Positions 37,461-47,030 of a stretch of DNA of 48,746 nt are shown here, piece by piece; position 1 is the stretch's first letter; the number at the start of each line of letters is the position of its first letter. The position numbers and the translations under genes are program-made. The DNA is taken from IMG/VR virus record IMGVR_UViG_3300020045_005690, positions 1 through 48,746 of that record. One strand, 5' to 3'. The stretch is from a virus (Duplodnaviria > Caudoviricetes). The notes beneath the pieces were generated by a model, which was not told the DNA's origin, did no database searches, and saw only the letters and a program-made list of their open reading frames with translations.

Positions 37461-38471
37461 TTAAGCTGTTCCATCACCGTAAGATACACCAATCCAACCT
37501 GCAGTAACTGTGGCAATCATGTATGACATCTTTACACCGAAGTTCCAATCTTCTGTTGAGAACTCTTCAGCGTTTGACCCTGCTGTTGCAGGAGCCTTCA
37601 TACTTGCTTCTTCAAGAACACCAAGCATAAGCGTTGACATTGAAGTAGAAGCCACACCCCAGTACTTAGCCTTAGTTGTATCTGGTGCACCGTTTTTGTC
37701 AGTTGCTACACGAGGAAGCATAACGTGACGATACTTACCCTGATATACGTTCACATTTCCACTGTTATTAGTAACAGTTGATGCGTTTGAACGTAGAAGC
37801 TCCTTAGCTGTGTTGCAAGTGTTAGGGTCATCTGTTGTCCAAAGAACGTCATCAGTTAGTGTCATTTTTTCACCAAACTGATTGTAGACGTTTCCGATAC
37901 GCATTGTTTCCATAGCTTCCAATGCTCCACGTGATAATTGTGGGTTGTTAGCAAGAATATTTCGGAATGTTGTTCCAGAACCACGGAGAGTGTGGGCTGT
38001 AGAGTAGAGGGCAAGAGTATCACCCACTGAAATATCTACAGTATCACCATCCATGTCAGCATATGTAGTTGCTGAACCGAATCCGATACGGTGAGAAAGG
38101 TCCAAATCAAGACGATTTGGTGCAAGCTTTCCAAGATTTGTAAGTTTCTGCTTTATTTCAAAGTACTTACCTTGGGTTCTCATTTCTACAGAGATACCAA
38201 TGTCAGTTGAAATACGCTTGATTGTACCAACCTTAGAGTAACCTTGCTGTACTTTTGCACGTGCAGCTTGGTCACTTTCACCTTTCTTCTTCGCGTATTC
38301 ATTGAGGTCGATTTCAGTGAATTCACGAGTGTTTCCAGAAAGTTGCGGAATTGAAATCTCTTTTACGAGACCTGAACCACGCATAACTTGTGGAACTGAA
38401 TCCCTACCTTCAAGCCACAAAATTGTGGCGTTTCGCACAAAGTCCGATAGGACTGCAATGTTTAGTTCCAT
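37461..38471 (-). CDS. Major capsid protein (HK97 fold, Mu gpT-like)
   Basis: 336 aa; KGES, ISVEMR, D.LALYSTAHTL motifs; position after scaffold and decoration genes. Confidence 0.8.
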   Translation of the reverse strand: MELNIAVLSDFVRNATILWLEGRDSVPQVMRGSGLVKEISIPQLSGNTREFTEIDLNEYAKKKGESDQAARAKVQQGYSKVGTIKRISTDIGISVEMRTQGKYFEIKQKLTNLGKLAPNRLDLDLSHRIGFGSATTYADMDGDTVDISVGDTLALYSTAHTLRGSGTTFRNILANNPQLSRGALEAMETMRIGNVYNQFGEKMTLTDDVLWTTDDPNTCNTAKELLRSNASTVTNNSGNVNVYQGKYRHVMLPRVATDKNGAPDTTKAKYWGVASTSMSTLMLGVLEEASMKAPATAGSNAEEFSTEDWNFGVKMSYMIATVTAGWIGVSYGDGTA

Positions 38472-38477
38472 AATTTA

Positions 38478-38885
38478 TTAGTAGCTACCATTAATTTTTA
38501 AATATCCACGAACCTTTGTTGCAGAAATAAACTGTGTTACTAGAAATACTTTGTTTGAAGTATCGCTCTTATCAACAGTTCCTGAATCAGAGATTCCAAA
38601 TTCGCCACCGATATCGGTTGCAACGAATGTACCTGTTCCATCAGCCTCCCAAACAACGTGACGTTCTACTGGAACCATAACACCAACTGTACGAGCAGTA
38701 GCGTAATCAGTATCAGTAGAAGCAATTGCCTTAACAAGAACACCCGCAAGAGCTGTATCGTTGTCATCAGCTTCAGCAATAAGACCTGAAGTGAATTCAA
38801 CAATTTTGTTAGCTCCAATCGCAGTTGATGTTGTTACTGGATATTGCTCTGTCTTTGTTTTTCCTTTATATAGAATAAATGACAT
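38478..38885 (-). CDS. Putative capsid decoration/cement protein
   Basis: 135 aa beta-rich protein immediately upstream of the MCP. Confidence 0.6.
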   Translation of the reverse strand: MSFILYKGKTKTEQYPVTTSTAIGANKIVEFTSGLIAEADDNDTALAGVLVKAIASTDTDYATARTVGVMVPVERHVVWEADGTGTFVATDIGGEFGISDSGTVDKSDTSNKVFLVTQFISATKVRGYLKINGSY

Positions 38886-39041
38886 ATAAATTAAAACTAA
38901 CTTTATAATTTGTACAACCGTGGCTTTGACTCCTGCTAGGGTTTTTTACGGTGCTAATTTTTACTAAGCGGTGCTTCCTAATCTCTTGCGAGTAGGAGGG
39001 GGGAATATAAGTCGCATCTTCTATTCCCTTCTTCTACTAAC

Positions 39042-39187
39042 AAAATAAGGCGGTCACAAATAATCCTCTTTCGAGAATTGATTTGTGTCCGCCTTAATTT
39101 CGGTGGGACTATTCTGTTGACAATCCTACTATTCCTCTTCTAAGTATACATCTTTTATAGTGTTCACCCCACTCTTCTTGTGGATAA
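39042..39187 (-). promoter_or_regulatory. DnaA-box promoter followed by a terminator-like hairpin in the capsid leader
   Basis: Box 39179-39187, 30 nt, TATACT 39143-39148; stem TAAGGCGG.CACAAAT/ATTTGTG.CCGCCTTA with T tail. Confidence 0.6.
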
Positions 39188-39374
39188 CTTCAAACGTACC
39201 AAGATTAGTTCGTTCAATGGTTTTTAGTAAGTGGTCAGGAATTCCATCCCTCATACTTATTTCCACTTTTCCAAATGGATACTTATGTCGAAGAGTAAGC
39301 AAAAGGTCGATTTCTTTTGCGTGTAATTCTCCAAGAAGGGACCTATTCTGTTCTATCTCCTGTGTTTTGTCCAT
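39129..39374 (-). CDS. Small YezD/DUF2292-like protein
   Basis: PFGKVEISMRDGIP resembles the FG.V.I...DG pattern. Confidence 0.55.
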   Translation of the reverse strand: MDKTQEIEQNRSLLGELHAKEIDLLLTLRHKYPFGKVEISMRDGIPDHLLKTIERTNLGTFEVIHKKSGVNTIKDVYLEEE

Positions 39375-39963
39375 CGTTATTAGGTTCTGTTACCTGTGGC
39401 TGTGGGATAGAATCGAGCACCACTTTAGCTTGAATTAGAGTAAGGTCGTTTGACTGGTCATAGCCCGGCACAAAAGTTGTGTCGTCCTTACTCCACAAGT
39501 AGTTACTAGCCCTATCGTAAGCATTGTCAATCTGATATCCAAGAGCAGAAAATAGATTGTTTGCCTCACTAATAAGAGTTTGCAACACATTTTCTATCTC
39601 TGTAACTGTAAGGTCATACTCACAAACAAGAGTAATCATTTCCTTGAGTATTTCTTTTCTGCTTTCAGCTTTCTGTTCCACAGTCATATCATCCCCATAG
39701 GTAAGAAAATGCTTTCCTACAAGTGGGTAGATTTCCTTGAACAGAGACTCAAACTTTGTGTCACGAATATAGTTGAAGTCCTTCGGCTCTGAAGTCTTTA
39801 CGATGTTGAATGTCTTCTGTGTTAACAGTTGATTGAATCCTCCTTCGTAAATCACCTTAAATACTGGAGTATCTTTATAGGTTTTTACATCCTGAACTTC
39901 CAAAGACTTAACTTTTCTTGGACCGACATAGCACACCTCTTCTAACTTTGTTTCTTCTGTCAT
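39343..39963 (-). CDS. Hypothetical protein (head module)
   Basis: 206 aa ORF in operon. Confidence 0.75.
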   Translation of the reverse strand: MTEETKLEEVCYVGPRKVKSLEVQDVKTYKDTPVFKVIYEGGFNQLLTQKTFNIVKTSEPKDFNYIRDTKFESLFKEIYPLVGKHFLTYGDDMTVEQKAESRKEILKEMITLVCEYDLTVTEIENVLQTLISEANNLFSALGYQIDNAYDRASNYLWSKDDTTFVPGYDQSNDLTLIQAKVVLDSIPQPQVTEPNNDGQNTGDRTE

Positions 39964-39964
39964 A

Positions 39965-40612
39965 TTAATTTACGAATGTTATGTCGATTGGTAATTCTAA
40001 CCCTTTAGGAGTAATAACTGTATAAGTTAATTTACCATCCTTATCTTTTGTTTCACTTATTACTTCACAGTTTTCCCAACGTCTGTTTCTTGAGAAACGA
40101 ACATCACTCATACGCTGTGGTTCACCATCATTGAAGTAATATTCAACCTCTTGGTCTTCGTGAATGACACCTCTTTCATCAGTGTAGACTTCATCTTTGA
40201 TACGCTTCCATCCAACAACATACATATCTCCTATTTTAGAGACACGAACCTTCTTCATTATCTTTCCGTCAGCTCTCATTTGGTCAGCCTTTGAAAGGCG
40301 ACCCTTATCCGCTACTTCACGCAATATTTCTATGTCTTTTGCCTGTTGCTGGATAGTGTTTTCAAGCTTTTCTTGCTTTTCAAGAATAGCTTTCAACGTA
40401 TCTTCTCCAATTTCTACCTTCTTTTTTCCTTTTCCTGTAGTTTTTTCCTCTTCTACAACCTCATCAACCTTTTCCTCATCAACCTTTTCCTCATCAACTT
40501 TTTCCTCATCAACTTTTTCCTCATCAACTTTTTCTGCTTCTTGCTGTGGAATATCATTACCTTCTGCACCCTTTTTGAGACGAGCGTCTCTTTCTGCTTT
40601 AGTTTCTGCCAT
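39965..40612 (-). CDS. Hypothetical protein with EKVDE repeats
   Basis: 215 aa ORF in operon. Confidence 0.75.
   Translation of the reverse strand: MAETKAERDARLKKGAEGNDIPQQEAEKVDEEKVDEEKVDEEKVDEEKVDEVVEEEKTTGKGKKKVEIGEDTLKAILEKQEKLENTIQQQAKDIEILREVADKGRLSKADQMRADGKIMKKVRVSKIGDMYVVGWKRIKDEVYTDERGVIHEDQEVEYYFNDGEPQRMSDVRFSRNRRWENCEVISETKDKDGKLTYTVITPKGLELPIDITFVN
40459..40534. repeat. 5 x 15-bp coding tandem repeat
   Basis: CCTCATCAACYTTTT units encoding EKVDE. Confidence 0.92.
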
Positions 40613-40629
40613 AATAGTTTAAATTTAGA

Positions 40630-41277
40630 TTAAATAGTTTTACCTTGAGCCTTTGCAATTGCTGCATCATCATATTTTTTAATACTATCTTCCTTGATTC
40701 CAAAAACAGTAGCCATAGCTTTACCATTTTCAGTCATTCCTTCCACCTTATCCTTTCCGGCACCATCACCTCGAGCACCAGCTCCGGTTACACCATCAAG
40801 CATTGATGGTGTTGGCTTATTTCCTGTAGCTAAAGTGAAAGCATCTTGGAATTTTTGAGCAACACCTTCTGGAGTATCAGGATATCCAGTTAAATTGCTT
40901 GCCTTTAGTTCAATTTTCGCACGCAAATCCTTATCGCCACCTGTAAGTTTTGAAAGTAAACTTTCTTTAGCACTTCCTACGATACTTTCCTTATAAGTTT
41001 TGAAGTCATTAGAAAGCGTTTCAATCTTTCCATTAAGTTCTGCCTCAATCTTATCGCGGTCTTCTTTTAATCTACGCGCCTGACCAGCATCACCTCCAGC
41101 ACCAGACGAGATTTTGTCATTTGCCTCCTTTAAGTCGTTCTTCAACTTTTCAATTTCAGAACTCTTATCAGGATTATTCTTGATATATTCATCAAGCGCT
41201 TCCTGCTGTTTTGCTTTCAACTCATCTTGTGTGAAAGCTTCCACCTCATTACCACCTGCATCAAATAATTTTGCCAT
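40630..41277 (-). CDS. Putative capsid scaffolding protein
   Basis: FTQDEL N-terminal motif, charged coiled coil, between portal and MCP. Confidence 0.65.
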   Translation of the reverse strand: MAKLFDAGGNEVEAFTQDELKAKQQEALDEYIKNNPDKSSEIEKLKNDLKEANDKISSGAGGDAGQARRLKEDRDKIEAELNGKIETLSNDFKTYKESIVGSAKESLLSKLTGGDKDLRAKIELKASNLTGYPDTPEGVAQKFQDAFTLATGNKPTPSMLDGVTGAGARGDGAGKDKVEGMTENGKAMATVFGIKEDSIKKYDDAAIAKAQGKTI

Positions 41278-41280
41278 ATG

Positions 41281-41766
41281 TTAGTTAGTTGCTTCCTTTA
41301 ATTTATCTTCTAATGATTCTTCCTGATTATTTTCAGTTTGGTTAGCAACTTGCTCATTAATCATTGTTTCACCCCACTTCATTAATTCTCGGAAAGAATA
41401 TACAACACCCTTTAATGTTAAGTCGAAATCACGCTCGTTAGAAGATTCTTCCAAGAGATTCAAGGCAACGGAAATCATTTGCTTTAGTTTTGGTTCAAGG
41501 ATATCCTTGTAAAAACCAGCCACAGAAGCAACATACATTTTTCTGTCCTCTTCACTCTTAGGAATAGGGTCTCCTATATCAAACGCGAAAATAACTTTTT
41601 TCTCCTCATCCTCTTTTTTAAGAGCAATGACTTCGGCACGACTTAAAGAATACTTTTGTTGTACTTCATCAAGTTGTCTTTCGTACATTTCTCTGACAGC
41701 TCTAAGTTTCTCATCAGATTCACTTTTGAGAATGTAACCAAAACGGTCAAGAATAGTTTTAATCAT
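41281..41766 (-). CDS. Hypothetical protein downstream of portal
   Basis: 161 aa helical ORF; TATAAT 5 nt before the ATG. Confidence 0.7.
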   Translation of the reverse strand: MIKTILDRFGYILKSESDEKLRAVREMYERQLDEVQQKYSLSRAEVIALKKEDEEKKVIFAFDIGDPIPKSEEDRKMYVASVAGFYKDILEPKLKQMISVALNLLEESSNERDFDLTLKGVVYSFRELMKWGETMINEQVANQTENNQEESLEDKLKEATN

Positions 41767-41803
41767 GCGAGATTATATGCGACTTAATTTTACCCCCTTT
41801 CCG

Positions 41804-43837
41804 CTACGCTGTTACCGGTGCTGGCGCTCCAGCAAGTCGTGGCACACCTTTTACGTTTGCCTGACCTCCCACCCCTCCCATAGTCGCATCAACTGGTTGT
41901 GACTGTTGAGCCTGACCTTTAGAGAATAATTTACTTCTATCTTTTTGATAGACACGAGAAAATTCTTCTTCAAGACCATCCTTGTTTGGAAGTGAACCGA
42001 ATGTCATAAGAGTTTGCATATCAGTAAGCTCTTCACGGAATAAGAGCTTGTAAAATGCAGACGTTTCCTTTTCCTTTGGTGTAATGACAATATACCAACG
42101 AACTTTAGCGACTTTCAATTCTTCTGGATTTATATAAATTTTCTGAATTGGAAATCCTTTCTCTTTCTCGTGTTGCAATTCTACTTTACGAATTGTTTCA
42201 GGGGATGGAAGAGGTTGGTCAGTAGGAATTATCTGACGTTCTCCCAAACCAATACCGTCTATCGTAGTTTCACGATGAGTATTTCGGTACTGGTTAATCT
42301 CCATACGAACGTCATCAATTGTGACAACTTTCGTGTCAACTGGGTTAAACCAGTTGGCAAGAATGTTCCAAAGACGTAAGTACTCGAGTTTCTTTTCGAG
42401 AAGCCCACACGCAGCGATTGTGAGTCCAAGTGTGAGCTTCGCTTGGCGCTGCAATTCTACGACCTCTGTGGCTGTAGTTCCTGAATTTCCTTGCTGACCA
42501 GTGAATTGATTTGAAACAGTAGACTTATCAATTCTATCCTGCAATTCTTTCAGCACACCGAATTCATTCGATGTGACTCCCTGTCCTTCATTCCCAATTG
42601 CTTGAAGGGCATCCGGAGAAATACCCATAGAGATACGCCCCGGAGAAAGTACCTTTTTTGGTATAACTTTCCCCGAGGTGTTTATATATGCAGGAGTGAA
42701 TGACTTTCTTGTTTTAAGAACGAAGAGTTTAAGCATCTCATCAATAAGTGCAGAGATTTCTTTGATAGCACCAGCTCCAACGAAAGCCTTACCGTAAGCA
42801 AACTTATGATTTATTACTCTGAATATCTGCTTTGCAATGTTATAGTTTCCGCCCGGAGACACAGCCGAGAGTGGAAAACCGATAGGGAGCATAAGGACTC
42901 CATTTATAATTATTTGGAATTCATCGCGTGGTTTATCTTGATATAAAACAATTTCAACCTGACCTTCTGTGAGTTCAGTTAATCTCCACTTATTATCATA
43001 AATTGTCATCGTCTGGTTTGAACCATTTGTTGTAGAAGTAGGAACTGCTCCAGCCTTTACATATTTCCAATTCTCAAATTTTCCATACTTCGCTTCGGCA
43101 ACATCTTTCTGCATTGTTATAACTACGAAAACAAATGGCTGTTTCTCCATTGTGAATTCTGTAATGTCTCCCAAAAATACATTCGGTCCATACAGTAAAG
43201 TTCTTGAAGGTCCCTCAAAGACAAGTTCAAGTGATGAAGTCCATCCAGCAAAATCTTTGAACTGTCCATTGTATCCTTCCTTTAATTTCTTTTTTGTCTC
43301 CCAAAGTTTTAACCACTCCTCTTGAACAAACACTGTTCCCTGCTTTAGTAGTTCGCGTTGGCGTAACATTTTCTTTTCTTCATCTCCACCCTCACCATCT
43401 AACTCCTTTGTCATATCAATCGTGTCCTTAAGAGCAACTCCGAGTTCAGTCAACTTATTATTTTCCTTATCATAAGCAAGAACCTCGGCACTAAGGTCAA
43501 GGTTATTTATATTGGCAAGCAAAGCATCTAGTTTTGTTTCAACTGTACCAGCGGACACAATTACATCATCGTCATTCTTCTTCGCGGGAAGCATTGTGTT
43601 AGCAATCTTCTCGTTCTCATTAAAAATCTCATAATAATTCTTTCCACCAAATTCTTCATATACCTGATTCTTTTGTCTCTTACCGTTCTCCAGTCTTTTT
43701 TGTAGGAAATTTAAATACTGCTTATCATCCTCTGAGTATATTGTTTCCACCGGTGCAGTATCAGCCTCCTTTTTATCAAGAGGATTAACTGGAAGCGAAA
43801 TGTGTTGGTCAACGATAGCTCCGTTAATGGTTGTCAT
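41804..43837 (-). CDS. Portal protein (P22-like podovirus type)
   Basis: Size, position after terL, TTATEV motif. Start placed at ATG 43837, 7 nt after TGnTACACT; the track start is 43861. Confidence 0.8.
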   Translation of the reverse strand: MTTINGAIVDQHISLPVNPLDKKEADTAPVETIYSEDDKQYLNFLQKRLENGKRQKNQVYEEFGGKNYYEIFNENEKIANTMLPAKKNDDDVIVSAGTVETKLDALLANINNLDLSAEVLAYDKENNKLTELGVALKDTIDMTKELDGEGGDEEKKMLRQRELLKQGTVFVQEEWLKLWETKKKLKEGYNGQFKDFAGWTSSLELVFEGPSRTLLYGPNVFLGDITEFTMEKQPFVFVVITMQKDVAEAKYGKFENWKYVKAGAVPTSTTNGSNQTMTIYDNKWRLTELTEGQVEIVLYQDKPRDEFQIIINGVLMLPIGFPLSAVSPGGNYNIAKQIFRVINHKFAYGKAFVGAGAIKEISALIDEMLKLFVLKTRKSFTPAYINTSGKVIPKKVLSPGRISMGISPDALQAIGNEGQGVTSNEFGVLKELQDRIDKSTVSNQFTGQQGNSGTTATEVVELQRQAKLTLGLTIAACGLLEKKLEYLRLWNILANWFNPVDTKVVTIDDVRMEINQYRNTHRETTIDGIGLGERQIIPTDQPLPSPETIRKVELQHEKEKGFPIQKIYINPEELKVAKVRWYIVITPKEKETSAFYKLLFREELTDMQTLMTFGSLPNKDGLEEEFSRVYQKDRSKLFSKGQAQQSQPVDATMGGVGGQANVKGVPRLAGAPAPVTA

Positions 43838-43893
43838 TACATTAAGTGTATCACGCACCATATCTAATTGTTATAGTCAAACGTGTGGATATC

Positions 43894-45402
43894 CTAACCG
43901 AAGAAACTTTGTTCCGTTTCCGAACTTTCTAATTCTTCAACTCCCAAGTTCATATCTTCTCTCCAAACACACGCACCGGTTCTTACTGCATCGGCGAAGT
44001 GAGAGTTTTCATCGTGTAGTGCTGAATCTTTGAACTGCCCAAGCTTCGCATCCCAGTCTTTTCTATAATTACCAAGAGCTTCATACACTTTCAACGACTT
44101 TTCTTCATCAAAAAAGAACCTTGGGAAGATATTTCGTACTCTTTCTCGTCCATCCTCAATTCCAAGCTTCGGCGCAACCACAATATCCCTCATTCCAAGG
44201 TCGTAAAGTGTCTGCTTTCTGGTAATACCGGATGACATATCCTTCACATTGATGTCGTGAGGGAATATATGCTTTCCGTATGAATATCCTTTGTTTCTAA
44301 GCGTGTCTGTGTAATGTTTAAGTCCCTCCCCAGTATTGTAGTAGCAGTCTATGAAACGGATAGAAGCCCCCACTGTCTGAACAAACAAAATAACCATAAA
44401 ATCGTTCACTCCAAGGTCCCACCACGTATCAACTTTTACATTTTCGGCTGGAGGAAGTATTTTAATTCTGTTTTCCCGATACACCTTAGCCATCTCCTTC
44501 GCATAATATGCTCCTTCTACAGACACCGAGAAAGCCTCCTCAAGCGTAGTTGGGTATTCCGCAAATATTTTATCGCGGTTCATCTCCTTTTTCTTAATGT
44601 ACCATCTCTTCTGGCTGTCCGTAAGCTCAATTTTAAATCTGTCTTTTAAGTTCTGGAAGTAGTTTTTATCCTCCGAAGTGATAACGAAGTCTGCGTTCGG
44701 CATCGTGTATCTTTCATCAAGATACCAAGGAAAGAAGAACAGCTTCCAATCAAGCTCTGTTAATGTCCTACCCTCCTTAGCATTCCTATCTGCTGTCATA
44801 CAAAAATCATAAAAGTATCCCTGTCTTCCCGCTGCTGTACTTTCAATCGAGACCATATTCCCCGCGTGCACAGAGTTAATCGCCCCCGTAACAATTTCCT
44901 CCGCCTTGTCAGGGAATCTCTGACAGATATACCCGAATTCCGAGATGTGAAGAAACTGTACCGTACCTCCACGAGTTGTCATCGACACGAAGATTGATGA
45001 TGTGTTACCTTCTTCATCGGTCCACACCAATTCGTTCGCACTGTTAGTGTCCGGTTCCCCAATCTGTGTTTTAAGCCACGGGTGCAAATTATCCCAAGCA
45101 AACTTAATCTTGTTTCTAAAGATTTTTTTCATGTCTTCCTGACGATGGGCGATGATACCGGCAGTCTTATTCTTACTAAACAGTATTTGGTCCAAGTACA
45201 GGATTGCAAAGAAAGTCGTTACTCCAAGCTGTCGAGCTTTTGGCACAATATTAAAGAACCACAAATTGTCGTGAAGGTATTCCTGTACTGGATTCATTAT
45301 GAATTGTACTTTATTACCGTCCTCGTCCTTTACGAAGTAGAGATTGTTCAATCTCCACTTTCTGTCACCCATTTTCTCCTGTATTGTTGAAATATCAAGC
45401 AT
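43894..45402 (-). CDS. terL: Terminase large subunit
   Basis: KARQLGVTT Walker A, LHISE Walker B, ESTA, WDLG, SHFADA. Confidence 0.95.
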   Translation of the reverse strand: MLDISTIQEKMGDRKWRLNNLYFVKDEDGNKVQFIMNPVQEYLHDNLWFFNIVPKARQLGVTTFFAILYLDQILFSKNKTAGIIAHRQEDMKKIFRNKIKFAWDNLHPWLKTQIGEPDTNSANELVWTDEEGNTSSIFVSMTTRGGTVQFLHISEFGYICQRFPDKAEEIVTGAINSVHAGNMVSIESTAAGRQGYFYDFCMTADRNAKEGRTLTELDWKLFFFPWYLDERYTMPNADFVITSEDKNYFQNLKDRFKIELTDSQKRWYIKKKEMNRDKIFAEYPTTLEEAFSVSVEGAYYAKEMAKVYRENRIKILPPAENVKVDTWWDLGVNDFMVILFVQTVGASIRFIDCYYNTGEGLKHYTDTLRNKGYSYGKHIFPHDINVKDMSSGITRKQTLYDLGMRDIVVAPKLGIEDGRERVRNIFPRFFFDEEKSLKVYEALGNYRKDWDAKLGQFKDSALHDENSHFADAVRTGACVWREDMNLGVEELESSETEQSFFG

Positions 45403-45405
45403 AGG

Positions 45406-45999
45406 TTACTTTAATATGTCCATTATCCTTGCCCTTATCCCCTTATTCTCTCCTGTGGTGTCCTCAACATACCCCTTGTGCTTCGCTTTGCGTGCCACGA
45501 GGGGCTGGTTATCGCCATTCACCTGAATAAATGTAATTGCCTGTTTAACGATATTGTCGCTCTCACCATCCCCACCACCGTTACCCTTACGTGGATTGAA
45601 CTCACTTGGGTATCTTCTCTCTAGCATCCACATCGACAGTTTATCGTCAGTTTTTGACTTTGTAGACACCACCTCAAGCAACCCTCTCTTGTACTCCAAG
45701 TCCTTCAATTTTATTAACCTCTCCACCGCAGCATCCGTATTTATCAATTGCTGTACTTTATCGAAATCCAACCCAACAATAAGACACGCGTCCTCAAGCG
45801 GAAGCCCAATAACGGACAATTCATACGAGAGTCTCTTAAACAACTTCACCATCGGCTCACTGTACTTTTCCGTAAGCTCCATTTCTACAGTTTTTCGTTG
45901 TATATCGAATTCTGCTTTCTGTTCCAAACCTTCTACAGTTTGGTCTCCAAGAGGAATAATCTCCTGTGGAGTTTTTTTAGATTGATGCGACTCTTTCAT
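45406..45999 (-). CDS. terS: Terminase small subunit
   Basis: HTH-like GLPLEDACLIVG, WMLERRYPSEF; upstream of terL. ATG 45999 lies 7 nt after TATAAT; the track start is 46008. Confidence 0.7.
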   Translation of the reverse strand: MKESHQSKKTPQEIIPLGDQTVEGLEQKAEFDIQRKTVEMELTEKYSEPMVKLFKRLSYELSVIGLPLEDACLIVGLDFDKVQQLINTDAAVERLIKLKDLEYKRGLLEVVSTKSKTDDKLSMWMLERRYPSEFNPRKGNGGGDGESDNIVKQAITFIQVNGDNQPLVARKAKHKGYVEDTTGENKGIRARIMDILK

Positions 46000-46032
46000 A
46001 TAAGACATTATATACCAAGAAGAGTAAAGAGA

Positions 46033-46902
46033 TTAGAAGCGAGTGTTTATAACTTCCATTTCCTCATTCACATCTTTATCGGAGAGGTGAAGATATTTCA
46101 TTGTTGTGAGAATCGAAGAGTGTCCGAGAAGCTTCTGGACCGTTGCCATTTTTGTTCCCTTATTAAGTAGGTTAGTGGCAAAGTGGTGACGTAACATATG
46201 AGCTGAAAGGTGAGTCCCATAAGGTAAAAGTAGTTTAGCTCTTTCGTTTACCATTCCCTGCATATACCTAATAGTTAATGGTTCACCGTGTTTGTTTAGA
46301 AAAACCGGACCCGTTTCTCTACCTTCTTTTTCCATATAATCTAATAGCATCCTGTGTGAGTTCCCAAGTAAATAAACTATTCTAGGTTTGTCTCCCTTAC
46401 CGGTAATAGTCATATATTTTTTATCTAGTAGAACATTCTCTAATCGAAGTGAATGTAGTTCAAAAATTCTAAGACCTGTACCAAATAGAATGTTAGCAAT
46501 GAGGTCACTTTTATCGTTTACACTGGCTGTAAGAAACACTTCAAGCTGTTCATCATTAAGAAGTTTTACTTCTTTATTTTTGATACGTGAATACTTTTCG
46601 ACATCGTAAGGATTCATACAAGGTATTTTCTTTTTTTCACAATATTTCAAAAAGACACGGATGCCGATTAGATAGTAATTTATTGTCTTGTGAGTAAGTC
46701 TCGCCTTAATAAGACTGTTCTTGAATGATTCAATGGTTTCTGGAGTAATGTTTTCAATGTTAGCGTTGCCGCCATTTACCTCTTTTATATAGTTTATAAG
46801 GCGCTGAACATAGGCTTGGTAGTTTCGTACAGTGCCGGGGTTCATCGCTTTTCCAATAGACAGGTGATTGATAAATTCATCAAGTAGTTTTTGTGCTTCC
46901 AT
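46033..46902 (-). CDS. XerC/D-like tyrosine recombinase/integrase
   Basis: GLRIFE, GKGDK, HMLRH, LLGHS, catalytic Y (TMKY); N-terminal SAM-like core-binding domain. Confidence 0.93.
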   Translation of the reverse strand: MEAQKLLDEFINHLSIGKAMNPGTVRNYQAYVQRLINYIKEVNGGNANIENITPETIESFKNSLIKARLTHKTINYYLIGIRVFLKYCEKKKIPCMNPYDVEKYSRIKNKEVKLLNDEQLEVFLTASVNDKSDLIANILFGTGLRIFELHSLRLENVLLDKKYMTITGKGDKPRIVYLLGNSHRMLLDYMEKEGRETGPVFLNKHGEPLTIRYMQGMVNERAKLLLPYGTHLSAHMLRHHFATNLLNKGTKMATVQKLLGHSSILTTMKYLHLSDKDVNEEMEVINTRF

Positions 46903-46925
46903 AGAAGAGAATAGGTTAATTAATA

Positions 46926-47022
46926 TAGAGGCACTACGCAGGAGTATGAACTGTCGAACGGGTAGCAGAGAAGACTAAGCCATCCACCCCGCCGATGTTT
47001 TACCCCCTGCGTAATGTCTCTA
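46926..47022 (-). ncRNA. 97-nt rod-like hairpin in the recombinase 5' leader
   Basis: TAGAGACATTACGCAGG pairs with CCTGCGTAGTGCCTCTA; pairing continues with bulges. Confidence 0.5.
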
Positions 47023-47030
47023 CTTCGTTA

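Noticed and set aside
20412-46902. Many + strand and alternate-frame ORFs in the track (e.g. 23296, 24128, 31785, 40197, 45554)
   Set aside because: Shadows of real - strand genes with biased composition; no motifs or start context.
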